Below, piece by piece: positions 1 to 11,500 of a DNA stretch of 62,758 bases. The notes beneath the pieces were generated by a model that saw nothing but the letters and a program-made list of their open reading frames with translations, had not been told where the DNA came from and searched no databases. The stretch is from Acidobacteriota bacterium (GTDB lineage Bacteria; Acidobacteriota; UBA6911). Position numbers and translations under genes: made by a program. Positions within the stretch are counted from its first letter, which is position 1. Each line of letters opens with the position of its first letter. Where the stretch lies: positions 1 to 62,758 of the forward strand of contig JAFGSS010000001.1 in NCBI GenBank assembly GCA_016934555.1, in the 5' to 3' direction.

Positions 1-2
1 GC

Positions 3-629
3 TTCGAAAGTGACGACATCATCGAACTGGTCGAGGAGGGGGAAGACCTCGGCTGGATCCTCGACCGGCTCGGGAGCGGCAGCAGCGGCATGGACCGGGA
101 AGAGGCGGCGGCGCTGCTGGGGCAGCTCCGCTCGCTCCTCGGACCGGGGCCCGGACCCGGATCCGCGGTCGAAGGGAAAGATACCGTCCCGGATGCGGCC
201 GGGCCCGGGGCGCCCCCCCCGGAGGATGCGGCGGACCTTTCCACGCTCGATTTTGGTCAATTACTCGATTCCCTCCCCCCGGGCGTGAAGCTCCCCCCCG
301 GGATGAGCCTCGGCAAGATCAGGGAACTGATGGAATCGCCGCAGGGGAAAGCCATGTCCGACTTCCTCCTCTTCTGTCAGGAGAGGGGGATCGAGATGAA
401 CGAGAAAAGCATGACCGACCCCCGGACGGAAAAACTGCGGGAGGAGTGGCAGAAAACGCCCCGCGCCGCCTTCGACGGCAAGACCCCGGCCGAAGTCCTG
501 GAGGAGAGCCAGGGGCCCCTGCCGGGCAAGGTGGAGACCTTCCGGCGGGAAGAGGCGCGCGTGGGGCGCAACGACCCCTGCCCCTGCGGCAGCGGGAAGA
601 AATTCAAGAAATGCTGCGGGAAAGCCTGA
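3..629 (+). CDS. SEC-C motif domain protein (5' end may lie upstream of the window; internal ATG at 90)
   Basis: C-terminus [19 protein letters not shown] is the SecA-type metal-binding SEC-C motif. The frame is open from nt 3 with no stop before the ATG at 90. Stop TGA at 627-629. Confidence 0.6.
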   Translation, partial: FESDDIIELVEEGEDLGWILDRLGSGSSGMDREEAAALLGQLRSLLGPGPGPGSAVEGKDTVPDAAGPGAPPPEDAADLSTLDFGQLLDSLPPGVKLPPGMSLGKIRELMESPQGKAMSDFLLFCQERGIEMNEKSMTDPRTEKLREEWQKTPRAAFDGKTPAEVLEESQGPLPGKVETFRREEARVGRNDPCPCGSGKKFKKCCGKA

Positions 630-643
630 GGGAGGGGGCGGTC

Positions 644-1063
644 ATGGAAAAGAACAAGCGCCTGGTGCTCGATTTCTACGAGGAGGTCCTCTGCGGCCGG
701 AACATGGCGGAGGCCCCGCGCTTTCTGCACGAGGATTACGTGCAGCACAATCCCTACGCGGCGCAGGGGATCGCCGGCTTCCTGGAGTTCCACCGGGGAT
801 TTTTCTCCGCCATCCCCGACGCGCGCGTCACCGTCAACATGACCGCGGCCGAAGGGGACCTGGTGTTCGTCCACGGCACCTACACCGGCACCCATACCGG
901 CGAGGGGTTTCTCGACCTGCCGCCCACCGGGAACAGGGTGCGCTACGACGTCGTCGACATCTTCCGGGTGCGGGACGGGAAACTGAGCGAGCACTGGGAC
1001 GTGGCCGACACGCGCGCCATCTTCACCCAGCTTGGCGCCCTCCCCCCGGTCCCCGGACCCTGA
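644..1063 (+). CDS. SnoaL-like / NTF2-fold ester cyclase family protein
   Basis: ATG at 644 is preceded by GGAGGGGG. MEKNKRLVLDFYEEV...HEDYVQHNP...DIFRVRDGKLSEHWD is typical of the SnoaL-like polyketide cyclase fold. The longer ORF from 446 is an Arg/Gly-rich extension overlapping the upstream gene. Confidence 0.7.
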   Translation: MEKNKRLVLDFYEEVLCGRNMAEAPRFLHEDYVQHNPYAAQGIAGFLEFHRGFFSAIPDARVTVNMTAAEGDLVFVHGTYTGTHTGEGFLDLPPTGNRVRYDVVDIFRVRDGKLSEHWDVADTRAIFTQLGALPPVPGP

Positions 1064-1158
1064 CCCCCCGCCGATTTTCCTGCCGGAATCCGCCCGATCC
1101 TGTCGATATGAAGAGGTCCGGGCGCTGATGCCCGGATTACGGCGGACCCCCCTGGCCC

Positions 1159-2718
1159 ATGACACGTTCTGAAGGAAGCGATTCCGGCGCGAAAAGGAAA
1201 CGACGCCCCCCGGCGGCTCGGGGTGAGGGCGCGTCCCCTTCTTTCGGTGAGGCGGAATGGCGCCGATTGAAGCAGGAGCTCGAGTATTCCAACACCCTGA
1301 TGCGGACGCAGCAGGAATGCGCCCTGGACGGCATCCTGGTCGTGAGCGAGAAGGGGAAGATCGTTTCCTACAACCAGAAGTATGTCGATATCTGGAAGCT
1401 CCCCGAAGAGATCCTGGCCTCGCGCTCGAATGAACGGGCCCTCGAGTACGCCTCCGGGCTGGTGCTGAACTGCGATGCCGCCAACGCCGTGGTGCGCGAC
1501 CTGTACGAGAACCGGCGCAGCAGGAGCCATGACGAGATCCTGCTGCGGGACGGCAGGGTGCTGGAACGCTACTCCGCCCCCCTGGAAGCCGACGACGGCC
1601 GCTACTACGGCCGGGTGTGGTATTTCCGCGACATCACCCCCCACAAGAAGGCGGAGGACAGGATCCGGCAGGCCAACGAGCGGCTGCGCGGTACGATCAG
1701 CCAGCTGAAGGAACAGAAGAAACAGAGCGGCATCCTGAGCGAGATGCGCGAGATACTTCAGGCCTGCGACTCCACCTCGGAAGTCGGTTCGATCGTGCGG
1801 AGATCGATGCTGAAGCTTTTCCCGCACGCCTCCGGGGCCCTGTACATGATGGGCGGATCGGGCCGGGAGCTCGAGGCCGTCGCCGCCTGGGGGCCGGGAT
1901 CGGACGCTGCGAGCCCGGGAAGTTTTCCGACGGACCATTGCTGGGCGTTGCGGCGCGGGCGCCTCCATCTGGTGGACGAACCTGGCGCAGGTCCCGTGTG
2001 CGCCCACCTGCGGAAGGGATCCCGCACCCCCTCGGCCTGCGTCCCGCTCGCGGCGAAGGGGGAGGTCCTCGGGATCCTTCACCTGCGGGTGGAAGAGGGC
2101 GTCCCCCAGGAAATCCAGGCCCGGACCACCGGCCAGATCGGAAGGCTGGCCACCACGATCGGCGAATACCTCTCCCTTTCCATAGCCAACCTGCGCTTGC
2201 GCGAGCGGCTCGCCGAACAGTCGATCCGGGATCCGCTGACGGGGCTCTACAACCGCCGGTACATGGAAGAGGCGCTCGGGAGGGAGATCAGCCGCGCCGA
2301 AAGAAACCACACGCCCGTCGCCGTCGTGATGCTGGACATCGACCATTTCAAGCCCTTCAACGACCGGTACGGGCACCCGGCGGGGGACGCGCTGCTCGAG
2401 AGCCTGGGCGCCTTCCTGAAAACGAACCTCCGGGGAGGGGACGCCGCCTGCCGCTACGGCGGTGAGGAATTCATCCTGTTTCTGCCGGACACTTCACTCG
2501 AGGGGGCGTGCCGGAACATGGAGCGGATCAGGGAGGGGATCGGGAGCCTCCGGATCTCCCACCTGGGAAGGAGGCTTCCCCCGGTCATGGTCTCGATAGG
2601 AATCTCCGCCTACCCCGATCATGGGAAGGATATGCACACCCTGATCCATGCGGCGGACAGGGCCCTGTACCGGGCGAAGGATGAGGGGCGCAACCGCATA
2701 CTCGCGGCCGCGGGCTGA
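1159..2718 (+). CDS. PAS-GAF-GGDEF diguanylate cyclase
   Basis: N-terminal PAS-like segment (DGILVVSEKGKIVSYNQ...WYFRDIT), a central GAF-like region, and a C-terminal GGDEF domain (DPLTGLYNRRY...RYGGEEF...ADRALYRAKDEGRNR). Confidence 0.9.
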   Translation: MTRSEGSDSGAKRKRRPPAARGEGASPSFGEAEWRRLKQELEYSNTLMRTQQECALDGILVVSEKGKIVSYNQKYVDIWKLPEEILASRSNERALEYASGLVLNCDAANAVVRDLYENRRSRSHDEILLRDGRVLERYSAPLEADDGRYYGRVWYFRDITPHKKAEDRIRQANERLRGTISQLKEQKKQSGILSEMREILQACDSTSEVGSIVRRSMLKLFPHASGALYMMGGSGRELEAVAAWGPGSDAASPGSFPTDHCWALRRGRLHLVDEPGAGPVCAHLRKGSRTPSACVPLAAKGEVLGILHLRVEEGVPQEIQARTTGQIGRLATTIGEYLSLSIANLRLRERLAEQSIRDPLTGLYNRRYMEEALGREISRAERNHTPVAVVMLDIDHFKPFNDRYGHPAGDALLESLGAFLKTNLRGGDAACRYGGEEFILFLPDTSLEGACRNMERIREGIGSLRISHLGRRLPPVMVSIGISAYPDHGKDMHTLIHAADRALYRAKDEGRNRILAAAG

Positions 2719-2757
2719 ACCGGGGGGATCGATGCCCCCCCGGCTTCCAAAGAGCGG

Positions 2758-4359
2758 CTACTCGGCAGACGCCTTCTGCTTCTGGCGGTATTCGGCCTTG
2801 GAGCAGGAGTACTGTTTCTCGATCTTTTCGCGGAACACGGAGCCTGAGTTGTAGGCGCAGAACGGGTAGATGCGCTTGTCCGGCGTGGAATAGTGGATGA
2901 CGCAGCGCTTCACCCGCTCCACGTCGTAGTTATAGCCGTCCATGAAATGCATGCCGGCCACCATGAGGGTCTTGTAGGTATAGGTGCCGTCATTGGCGCC
3001 CCGCCCCGCCTTCTTGTCGAGCAACCCCTCGATCGTCTGCCCGAGCTTGGTCAGCGTCAGGCCTTCCGGTGCCTGGCTCGAATCGAAATGCTTGTTGGCG
3101 CTCGAGAAAAGGCTGAACTTGCTCAGGTTGTTGTAGAGCGATTTGAAGGTGGTCCGGTTCTTGAGCTTGTCCGCCTGTTTCTGGATGTCGTTGAAAAGCC
3201 CCTGGATATCGAGGAAACGGGTGACGGGCGTCGGCTTCCGGTTCTGATCCACGAAGAAATAGGTCCCGATCCCGCACAGCGGGTGGCAGGAGACCATGAC
3301 GTTGGGTTCGTTTCTCAGCGCCTGGATCAGCTCGGTGATCGGCGTGGTGCAGGAGAGCGGGAACCAGTCCTCCTTGGTCGTATACCCGAGGGTGTTCACC
3401 CCTTCCGCCAGGTCGGAGAGCGTGTAGCGCATCTGATCCCGCTCCGCCTGGTCGATCCGGCCGGTGATGGCCACGGGCTGGAAACTGATCCCGGAGCAGA
3501 CGTCGATGGTGTCCAGCGCGAACTGGACGATCTTCGGGACCTGGTCGTCGTTGACCCCCTTGACGATGGTCGGGACGTAGACAATCTTGAGCCCCGCCTT
3601 GCGGACGTTGTCGATGGCCTTCATCTTGATATCGAGGAGGTCCTTGCGTCCCCGGATCTTCTCATACAGTTCGGGATTGAGCCCGTCGAACTGCAGGTAG
3701 AGGGTGTGGAGCCCCGCCTCGCGTGATTTTTCCGCAAAGGAATCTTCGGCGAACTTCAGGCCGTTGGTGGCGCACTGCACGTGGGAGAAACCCATCTCGT
3801 TGGCCTTGGCCAGGATGCGGAACCATTCAGGGTACAACGTGGGCTCGCCGCCGGCGAACTGCACGACGCGACCCGCGACCGGGCGGGAATCCCGGAGCGC
3901 CTGCAGCGCGTCCACGATCTGCTCGAAGGAGGGTTCGTAGATGTAGTCCTGGACATTCGCGTTGGCGAAACAGATCGGGCAGGAAAGGTTGCAGCGGTTG
4001 GTCAGATCCACGTTGGCCAGCACCGTGTGGCTGACGTGCAGGTTGCACAGACCGCAGTCTTCGGGACACGACTTGGCGTCGGGAATGGCCGGGTTGGTCA
4101 CGCCGCAACCCACATCGCGGTTCCACGCCATCAGGCGATGAAAGTACTCGGCGTGCGACAGGAGGGTGTCCCTGAAGGGACCATGTTCGGGACAGGTCTT
4201 CTCCATGATGACCTTGCCGTCCTGTTCGAACACCCGGGCCTCCACGTGAACCCCGCATTCGGGGCAAAGGGAAACAGTCGTATACGGCAGGTCACCGGGC
4301 AGCGGATTGATGGAAGCACCGGTCAGGGTTTTCTTTTGAGACGGAACCTTGGTAGCCAT
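2758..4359 (-). CDS. Radical SAM protein, COG1964 / tetraether-lipid-synthase (Tes)-like family
   Basis: N-terminal zinc-ribbon-like SLCPECG...KTCPEHGPF, followed by the radical SAM cluster motif NRCNLSCPICF (CxxxCxxC) and GGEPTL. Length 533 aa. GAGGGA lies upstream of the ATG at 4359. Confidence 0.8.
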   Translation of the reverse strand: MATKVPSQKKTLTGASINPLPGDLPYTTVSLCPECGVHVEARVFEQDGKVIMEKTCPEHGPFRDTLLSHAEYFHRLMAWNRDVGCGVTNPAIPDAKSCPEDCGLCNLHVSHTVLANVDLTNRCNLSCPICFANANVQDYIYEPSFEQIVDALQALRDSRPVAGRVVQFAGGEPTLYPEWFRILAKANEMGFSHVQCATNGLKFAEDSFAEKSREAGLHTLYLQFDGLNPELYEKIRGRKDLLDIKMKAIDNVRKAGLKIVYVPTIVKGVNDDQVPKIVQFALDTIDVCSGISFQPVAITGRIDQAERDQMRYTLSDLAEGVNTLGYTTKEDWFPLSCTTPITELIQALRNEPNVMVSCHPLCGIGTYFFVDQNRKPTPVTRFLDIQGLFNDIQKQADKLKNRTTFKSLYNNLSKFSLFSSANKHFDSSQAPEGLTLTKLGQTIEGLLDKKAGRGANDGTYTYKTLMVAGMHFMDGYNYDVERVKRCVIHYSTPDKRIYPFCAYNSGSVFREKIEKQYSCSKAEYRQKQKASAE

Positions 4360-4538
4360 TCACATTCCCTCGTCGAAATCAGGGGCCGTGCACGATTTTG
4401 CGCCCCACCCCTGAGTTATCTTTGCTTCACGGCCCCGCAGGCGGGCATTCCCCCCGGACGGCATCCCCGCGAACCGGCCGGGGGCCCGGAGCCGTAAACC
4501 CTGGATTCTACCGTCAACGCGACGGGAGAAACAAGAAA

Positions 4539-5072
4539 TTATCTGTCGACCCCCAAACGGGGGCCGGCGACCGGAGCCCCGAGGACGCACTGCCAGTACT
4601 CCACGTCCAGCCACCGCCCCAGCTTCCACCCCACCCCGTGGAGGCGCCCGGCACGCCGGAAGCCCGCCCGTTCGTGCAGCCGGACACTGGCCGGGTTCGG
4701 GAGGGCGATGATCGCGACGGCATTGACGATCCCCCTCTGCTGGAGGGCCGAAAGGAGATGCGCGTACAACCGCCGGCCGGACCCTTTACCGGTCGCATCC
4801 GGCCTCAGGTAGATGGTGGTTTCCACGCTGAACCGGTAGGCCGAGCGATCCTTGAATATATCGGCGTAGGCGTAGCCGATGACCTCCCCCTCCGCTTCCC
4901 CCACAAACCAGGGGTAGCGGGCGGCGACGCGTTCGACGCGCCGCGCCATCTCCTTCACGGTCACCTCCTCCTCTTCAAAGGTGACGATCGTATGGCGCAC
5001 GAAGTGGTTGTATATGCCGGCCACGGCGGCCGCGTCTTCAGCAACAACGGGACGGATGCGCACCTCTTTCAC
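4539..5072 (-). CDS. GNAT N-acetyltransferase, phosphinothricin-acetyltransferase-like
   Basis: VRIRPVVAEDAAAVAGIYNHFV...TFEEEEV...RGKGSGRRLYAHLL...NPASVRLHERAGF. I prefer the GTG start at 5072, which has an adjacent GGAGGGG. The ORF track's alternative start is 5132. Confidence 0.75.
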   Translation of the reverse strand: MKEVRIRPVVAEDAAAVAGIYNHFVRHTIVTFEEEEVTVKEMARRVERVAARYPWFVGEAEGEVIGYAYADIFKDRSAYRFSVETTIYLRPDATGKGSGRRLYAHLLSALQQRGIVNAVAIIALPNPASVRLHERAGFRRAGRLHGVGWKLGRWLDVEYWQCVLGAPVAGPRLGVDR

Positions 5073-5203
5073 CCCCTCCGGGTTACGGCGACCGACGCCC
5101 GTGGCCGCCGGGTCCACCCTATGGGTATACACCCATCGACAGGCCGCAGTCTCCCGAATTCATTTTCATTTTGACCGGCCGCTCCGCATAGTAAAATGAG
5201 CCA

Positions 5204-5467
5204 ATGGTCAGATACGCAAGACGCGTCGTCGTGTTCACGGTCGGCATGACGATATTTCTTTTCGGGATCGCCCTGGTCGTCCTCCCGGGGCCCGCCTTCG
5301 TCGTCATTCCCATCGGGCTGGCCATCCTGGCCACGGAGCACGCCTGGGCCCGGCACTGGCTGCGCGTCATGAAGGAATCGGCGGAGAAAGGGGTCGAAAG
5401 GCTGAACCTCCGTTCCCTGTTTTCCAGGACCCCCGGGCACGACGGTGGGGAGAGCACTGGCCGATAG
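5204..5467 (+). CDS. Small membrane protein, PGPGW-type
   Basis: Two hydrophobic helices and an LPGPAFVVIPIG motif reminiscent of the PGPGW putative transmembrane family. Confidence 0.55.
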   Translation: MVRYARRVVVFTVGMTIFLFGIALVVLPGPAFVVIPIGLAILATEHAWARHWLRVMKESAEKGVERLNLRSLFSRTPGHDGGESTGR

Positions 5468-5557
5468 TCCCATAAATTCCCTGATTGCAACGGTTCCCCC
5501 CCATCGTCAAATAAGATACAATGCATTCCTCGACTGCGTTGGCGGGTGGGGAGAGCG

Positions 5558-8500
5558 ATGAAGAAGCGCTGGATCGGACGCATAATCAAGGCGCTGGCGG
5601 CACTGGCCGTCTTCGTTGCCCTCATTCCGCTCCTGCTGCTGGCGCCGCCGGTCGGAAACTGGGTGTTCCATAAGGCGGGCGGATATCTCCGGCGCAGCGC
5701 GAAGATGGAGCTGCAGGCGGACCGGGTCCGGCTGAACCTGTTCACAGGGTCGGTCCGGTTGGAAAACCTGTCGCTCGCGGCTGCGCGCACCCCAGGACTC
5801 CCCCCCCTGCTGCAGGCCGATCACGCCTACGCCGACCTCGGTCTGCTCGATGCCGTCAGGGGGGTGTGGACGGTGGAAACCCTGCAGATCCACAAACCCA
5901 GGGTGCATTATTTCGTCGGCCCGGACGGGGAAACGAACCTGCCCCGGACGGAGGCCTCCGGGGACGCCTTACCCGATCTGCGGATTCTCCAGGCCGGCCT
6001 CACCGACGGCGCCCTGCGGTGGGAAGACCGCCGGCACGGACTGTGGATCGAACTCCCCCGCTGGGATCTTGCCGTCGAGGGAAACCGGGAGTCGCGCGCG
6101 CACCGCATCACCTTCGCCGGCCGGCAGGTTTCGACCTTCACCCTGGGGGACTTTTCGATCCCCGTCGATTCCGTCGATTTCGCAGGCGTTATGGACGGAC
6201 CCTTATGGCGCATAGACTCGGCCCGGGTCGGTGCCGCCCGGTCCACCCTTGAGTTCGGGGGATCCGTACGGAACCTCCGGGAACTCGACCTGGAACTGGC
6301 GCCCGGACTGGATGCCGGCGCCATCGCCGAAGCCGCGGGGTACGGGGGCAGGATCGCCGGCCGGGTCTCCGGAACCATCGGGGTCCGCGGCCCGCTCGAC
6401 AACCTGCGGATAGAGGGCCGGCTCGCGGGAGAGGGGGTGAAGCTGGAGGGGGTGCCTCCGCTCGACCTCCGGCTTGCCGCGGACCTGGAGTGGGATGCGG
6501 CCGGGGAGAGGGTGTCGATCGGAAGCCTGGACCTCGCCTCACCTTTAGGATCGCTCGGCGCCGAGGGAACGCTGTGCGCCGGGGAGGAGTGCGGGACCAG
6601 TGCCCTGCGGGCGCGGCTTCGTGACGTCGATCTCCTTCCCTTCGCGCGCAGCCTCGGTCTCCCTTTCCGCCTGGCCAGCCGGGTGGGAGGGACGGTCTCC
6701 GTCGAGTGGCGGGGGAAGCCCGCGCTGGCAAACATCCGCGCCAACGCCTCCCTCGAACTCGGGAGCACCCGTCCGGCGCCGGAGGCCGATCTCCTCCCCG
6801 TCTCCGCGACGGTGGATGCGGAGTTCGCATCCGGCCGGCTGCGGGGACACATACGCTCGCTTTCGGTCCTGGGTGCGCGGGCGACGGGCGAGTTCACCCT
6901 CCGATCTTTTCGCATCCTCGAGGGACACCTCCAGGGGGAAGCCGCCGACCTGGACGATTCCATGCAGCAGCTCGTGCGCTTTCTGGGGCATCCGGAATCC
7001 CCCGCAGGCGTCAGCCTGGCCGGCAACCTGAACTTCGACGTCCGGGCGGCGGGGGAACTGGACGACCTGGAGGTCGAGGCCGGGCTGGACGCCCCGTCGC
7101 TCGCGATCGCGGGCCTCGGGGGAATGGGGACCGAGGCGCGCGCCGTCTACCGAAACGGGACCCTCTCGTTTCAGAACAACCTCCGTCTTCCCGGCGAGGG
7201 CCTGCTGGAGGCCCAGGGCCTGCTCGATTTCGGCGGGGACGAGCCACGGTTGCGTCTCGCGGCCAAATCCGCGGCCCCCGTGCCGCTCGAGGCTCTCAAT
7301 TCACTGCTCGGGCGCTCGATCCCGATGTCGGGCACCCTGGAGACCTCGCTGCGCCTGGGCGGCCCCGTCGACAACCTCGCCGGGGATCTCTCCATCACGG
7401 GAGAAGCGCTCTCCCTGTACGAACTACCCCTGGGGCGGCTGGACATCCTGCTCGGCCTGGCCGATCGGGAGATCCGGTCCAGCCGGATTCGGATGTCGCG
7501 CAACCCCGAGCACCCATCGGCCGATCTGCTGACGGCCCGTGTTTCCTACTCCCTGGATACCGGCCGTTACGAACTCGAGGCGGAGGGGGCGGGGCTGGCC
7601 CTCGTCCCCGCGCACCTTCCCGGCGGAGCCCAAATCAACGGAACCCTCTCGCTCGAGGCTTCGGGAACGGGGACGATCGAAAATCCTTCCTTTGACCTCC
7701 AACTCGGATCGAACGACCTGCATGCATGGCGGAAACCCCTGGGCCCGGTTTCGGTCACGGCCCGGATCCGGGGGCCGGAAGCCGGCATCCGGGCGCTGGC
7801 ACCCGATCTTGATCTCTCCTCCGATGCCGCCCTGACACTGAGGGACCCCTGGCCCTTCCAGGTCACCGTCCAGGCGCGGGACTCCGACCTGGCCGCCGCC
7901 GGACTCGTGTGGCGCGGCCGGCCGGTAACCGGATCGCTCAGGGCGGACATCTCGGGTTCCGGAGAGCTGGGCGACCTGGAGGCGTCCCGGATCGAGGCGC
8001 TGATCGAAGAGGTGGCGGCGCGGGCGGGCGGACTCGAAGTGCGCACCGGGGCGGCGGCCGGAATCCACTATCGGGACCGCTCCCTGGAGTTCGCACCCCC
8101 CCTCGCCCTGGCCGGGGGCCATTCGGCGATAGAGCTTGGCGGCCGCCTCCCCATCCGGGCGGCGGCGCCGGCCGGAACCGTCAACCTCAAAGGGCGGCTC
8201 GACCTGGCGGACACCGGAAAAGTCTTCACCCCCCCCGAGGGATTCGGGCTCGAAGGAGTCCTCGATCTCGACCTGGTTCTCTCCGGCGCCTACGGAGATT
8301 TTGCCATCACGGGCGGATTCGGCCTGGACGCCGGAACGATATTCATTCCCAAAGCCGCCGTACCCATGACGGAAGCCTCCGCCCACGCGAAGATCGAGGA
8401 CGGGGTGCTGGTCCTGGAGCGGGCGGCCGCGAAATGGGGGAAAGGCAGCATCGGACTCTCGGGCACCGTCCCCCTCGGGTTGCTGCCCGAAGACCTTCCC

Positions 8501-11500
8501 CTCGAATTTGCGCGCCGGCCAGGGCCTGCCGAGTTCGTCCTCGACGTTGAAAATCTCGCCCCGGAAGCGACGGGATTCCTTCCCGAGGGAATTTCGGGCC
8601 TGGTTTCGCTCCGCGCCAGGGGGCGCGCCGAACATCCGGACCTCAAGGCCCTGGACGGCGACATCCGGTTCGGCACCCTGGACTTCAAGGTCGACACCAT
8701 CGGCTTCAGCCAGGCGGAACCGGTCCTGATCGAAATCCGCCGCGGCGTCGCCGCCATCGCCCGGCTCGCGCTCTCCGGGCCGGAAACCCGTATCGAGGCG
8801 TCCGGGACGGCGGGAGTGTACCCGCGGGGGCCGCTGGACCTCGCCGTCGAGGGCTCCCTCGACGCCGGGCTGCTCGGCGTTTTCAGCGAGGGGGTGAAAA
8901 CGGCGGGCGAACTGCGGATCGACGCGCGGGTCACGGGAGCCCTCGACGCCCCGGTTCTTTCGGGCCGGGCGGAAATGGACAACGGGAAGTTGGCCCTCCA
9001 ATCCCCCCGGCTCGCGGCCGACGATCTGAAGGTGCGGCTGGACCTCACCTCCGATTCCATCATCGTGCGCGAACTCACCGGCGTCCTCAACGGCGGCGCC
9101 ATGTCGGTCGAGGGTTCGATCGGGTACCATGACGGGATCCATAACGGCATCGATCTCGAGGCGAGCGTGCGGGACGTCTTCCTGGACTTCCCCGAGGGGC
9201 TGAAATCGGCGTCGAGCGGGAACCTGACCATGAAATCGGGGGAAGACACGATCGTCGTCGGCGGCAGCCTGCGGATCATGGAAAGCGCCTACCGGGATTC
9301 GATCGAAGTCGGGGGGCAGCTCGTCAACTACCTGAAATCGCAGCAGGTGGTGACCCTCGGCGAGGAACCCAATCCCTTCCTGGACCGGCTCCGGTTCAAC
9401 ATCGCCGTCCGCACCGTAACCCCGCTGCTGGTACAGAACAACATCGCCAGGGTCGAGGCCTCCGCCACGAATCTCCGCCTGGTCGGAAGCTATGCCGACC
9501 CCTCGGTCATCGGCCGCATCACCCTCGGCGAGGGGGGAGAGATCGTCCTCAACCAGCAGACCTATTACATCAACCGGGGGGTGATCACCCTGGTGAACCA
9601 GAGCCGCATCGAACCGGAATTCAACATCCAGGCGCAGACGAAGATCGACATCTACGAGATCACGCTCCAGCTGATCGGGAACCCCGACCGGATGTCCACC
9701 CTGCTCTCTTCCGACCCGCCGCTTTCGGAAAGGGACATCCTCTCGCTCCTCCTCACGGGCAAAACCGTCGCCGAGACCCAGGGGCGCGAGATGCAGATGG
9801 CCCGGACCCAGGCGCTGTCGCTGATCGCCGGACAGGCGGGGGCGGGAGTCACCAACGAGGCACGCAAGGCTCTGCACCTGAGCACCCTCCGGATCGACCC
9901 GGGGCTGATCGCCTCGGAATCCAACCCGGGGGCCCGCCTCACGATCGGGGAGGACGTCACGCGCGCCCTCAGCCTCGTCTATTCCATGAACCTCGTCAAC
10001 GGAGGGGACCAGATCTGGGCGGCCGAGTACGATATCGGCCGGCGCCTCTCGACCCAGGCCACCAAGCAGCAGGACAACAGCTACCGCTTCGAGTTCCGCC
10101 ACGACCTGCGCTTCGGGGGCGCAGGGGCGCGCCGCGGGGCGCAGCGGCAGGCGGCCCGGTTCGAGATCGGGTCGATCGAGTTCCTGGGGGAGGAGGCGCA
10201 CTCCGAAAAGGACCTGATGGACCGGTTCAAAAACAGGACGGGCGACCGGTACGAGTTTCAGAAAGTCCAGAAGGGGCTGGACCGCCTGAACGACTTCTAC
10301 TTCAGCCAGAACCGCCTGGAAGCCGATATCCGGCTCCAGCGCGAAACCGGGGAGAAGACCGTCGACCTGAAGGTCGGCATCGACCCCGGCCCGGTGGTGG
10401 AATTCGACTACGGCTCGTTCCCCCTCCGCAAGGAGGTGCGCGAGCGGGTCGCCAGGGCGTGGGCGGACGGGGTGTTCGAGGCCGAAAGACTGGACGAGGC
10501 GTCGCTCGTCATCCGCCGCTCCCTGACCGAAAGCGGTTTCCTCCAGGCCACGGTCGCGGCGGAAATGGCGGAGGGGGACGGCCGGAAGCGCGTTCGGTTC
10601 GCCATCGACCCCGGCCCCCATTACGCGGACGTTCCCCTCTCCTTCCCGGGGGCGGAGGGCATCTCCCCGGGCGCGCTCGGCGAACTCCTCGAGGCCGCCG
10701 ACCTGGAGCGCGAGATCTACGTCAACCCGAAAAAGGTGGCCGATTTCCTCCGGCGCTACTACCGCAACCGCGGGTACCTCCAGGCGGAGGTCTCCCCGCC
10801 GGAATTCCGAGCGGCCGCCCTGGAGACGGTGATCGCCGTTGCCGAGGGGCCGCTCTTCGTCATCGGCGAACTCGAGTTCTCCGGCAACAAGGTCTTCAGC
10901 TATGACGAACTCTGGATGGTCATCCCCACCTCGAGCGGCAGCGTCTACAACCCGGACTCGCTGAGGGAATCGGTCCGGGAGATGGAGAACCTCTACCACG
11001 GCCAGGGGTACAACGACGTCTCCATCACCTTCCGGGTGGTCCAGGACACCCCCGGGACCCGGGCCGACGTGAACTTCCAGATCACCGAACGGCGGCAGTC
11101 GGTCATCCGGGATATCGTGATCGAGGGGAACCGGGACACCCGGCCTGGGTTCGTCACCCGGCAGATCGACTTCCGGGTCGGCGACCCCCTGGATTACGAA
11201 AAGATCAACGAGGCCCGGAGGCGCCTGTATTCCACGGGGGTGTACACGACCGTCGATTTCCAGATGGAGGAACTCCCTTCCGAGGCTCCGGCCCCGGAGC
11301 GGAAGGACATGCGGGTGCGGGTCCGGCTGCGCGAGACCCAGCCCTACCGCCTGCAATACGGGCTCTTCTACGATACCGACCGCGGCGTCGGCGGCCTCGT
11401 GGAGGCGCAGCACCTGAACCTCCTGGGGCGGGCGACCAACCTCGGCCTCCGCCTCCGCTACGACTCCGACCTCAAGGAGGGGCGGTTGTACTATCACCAG

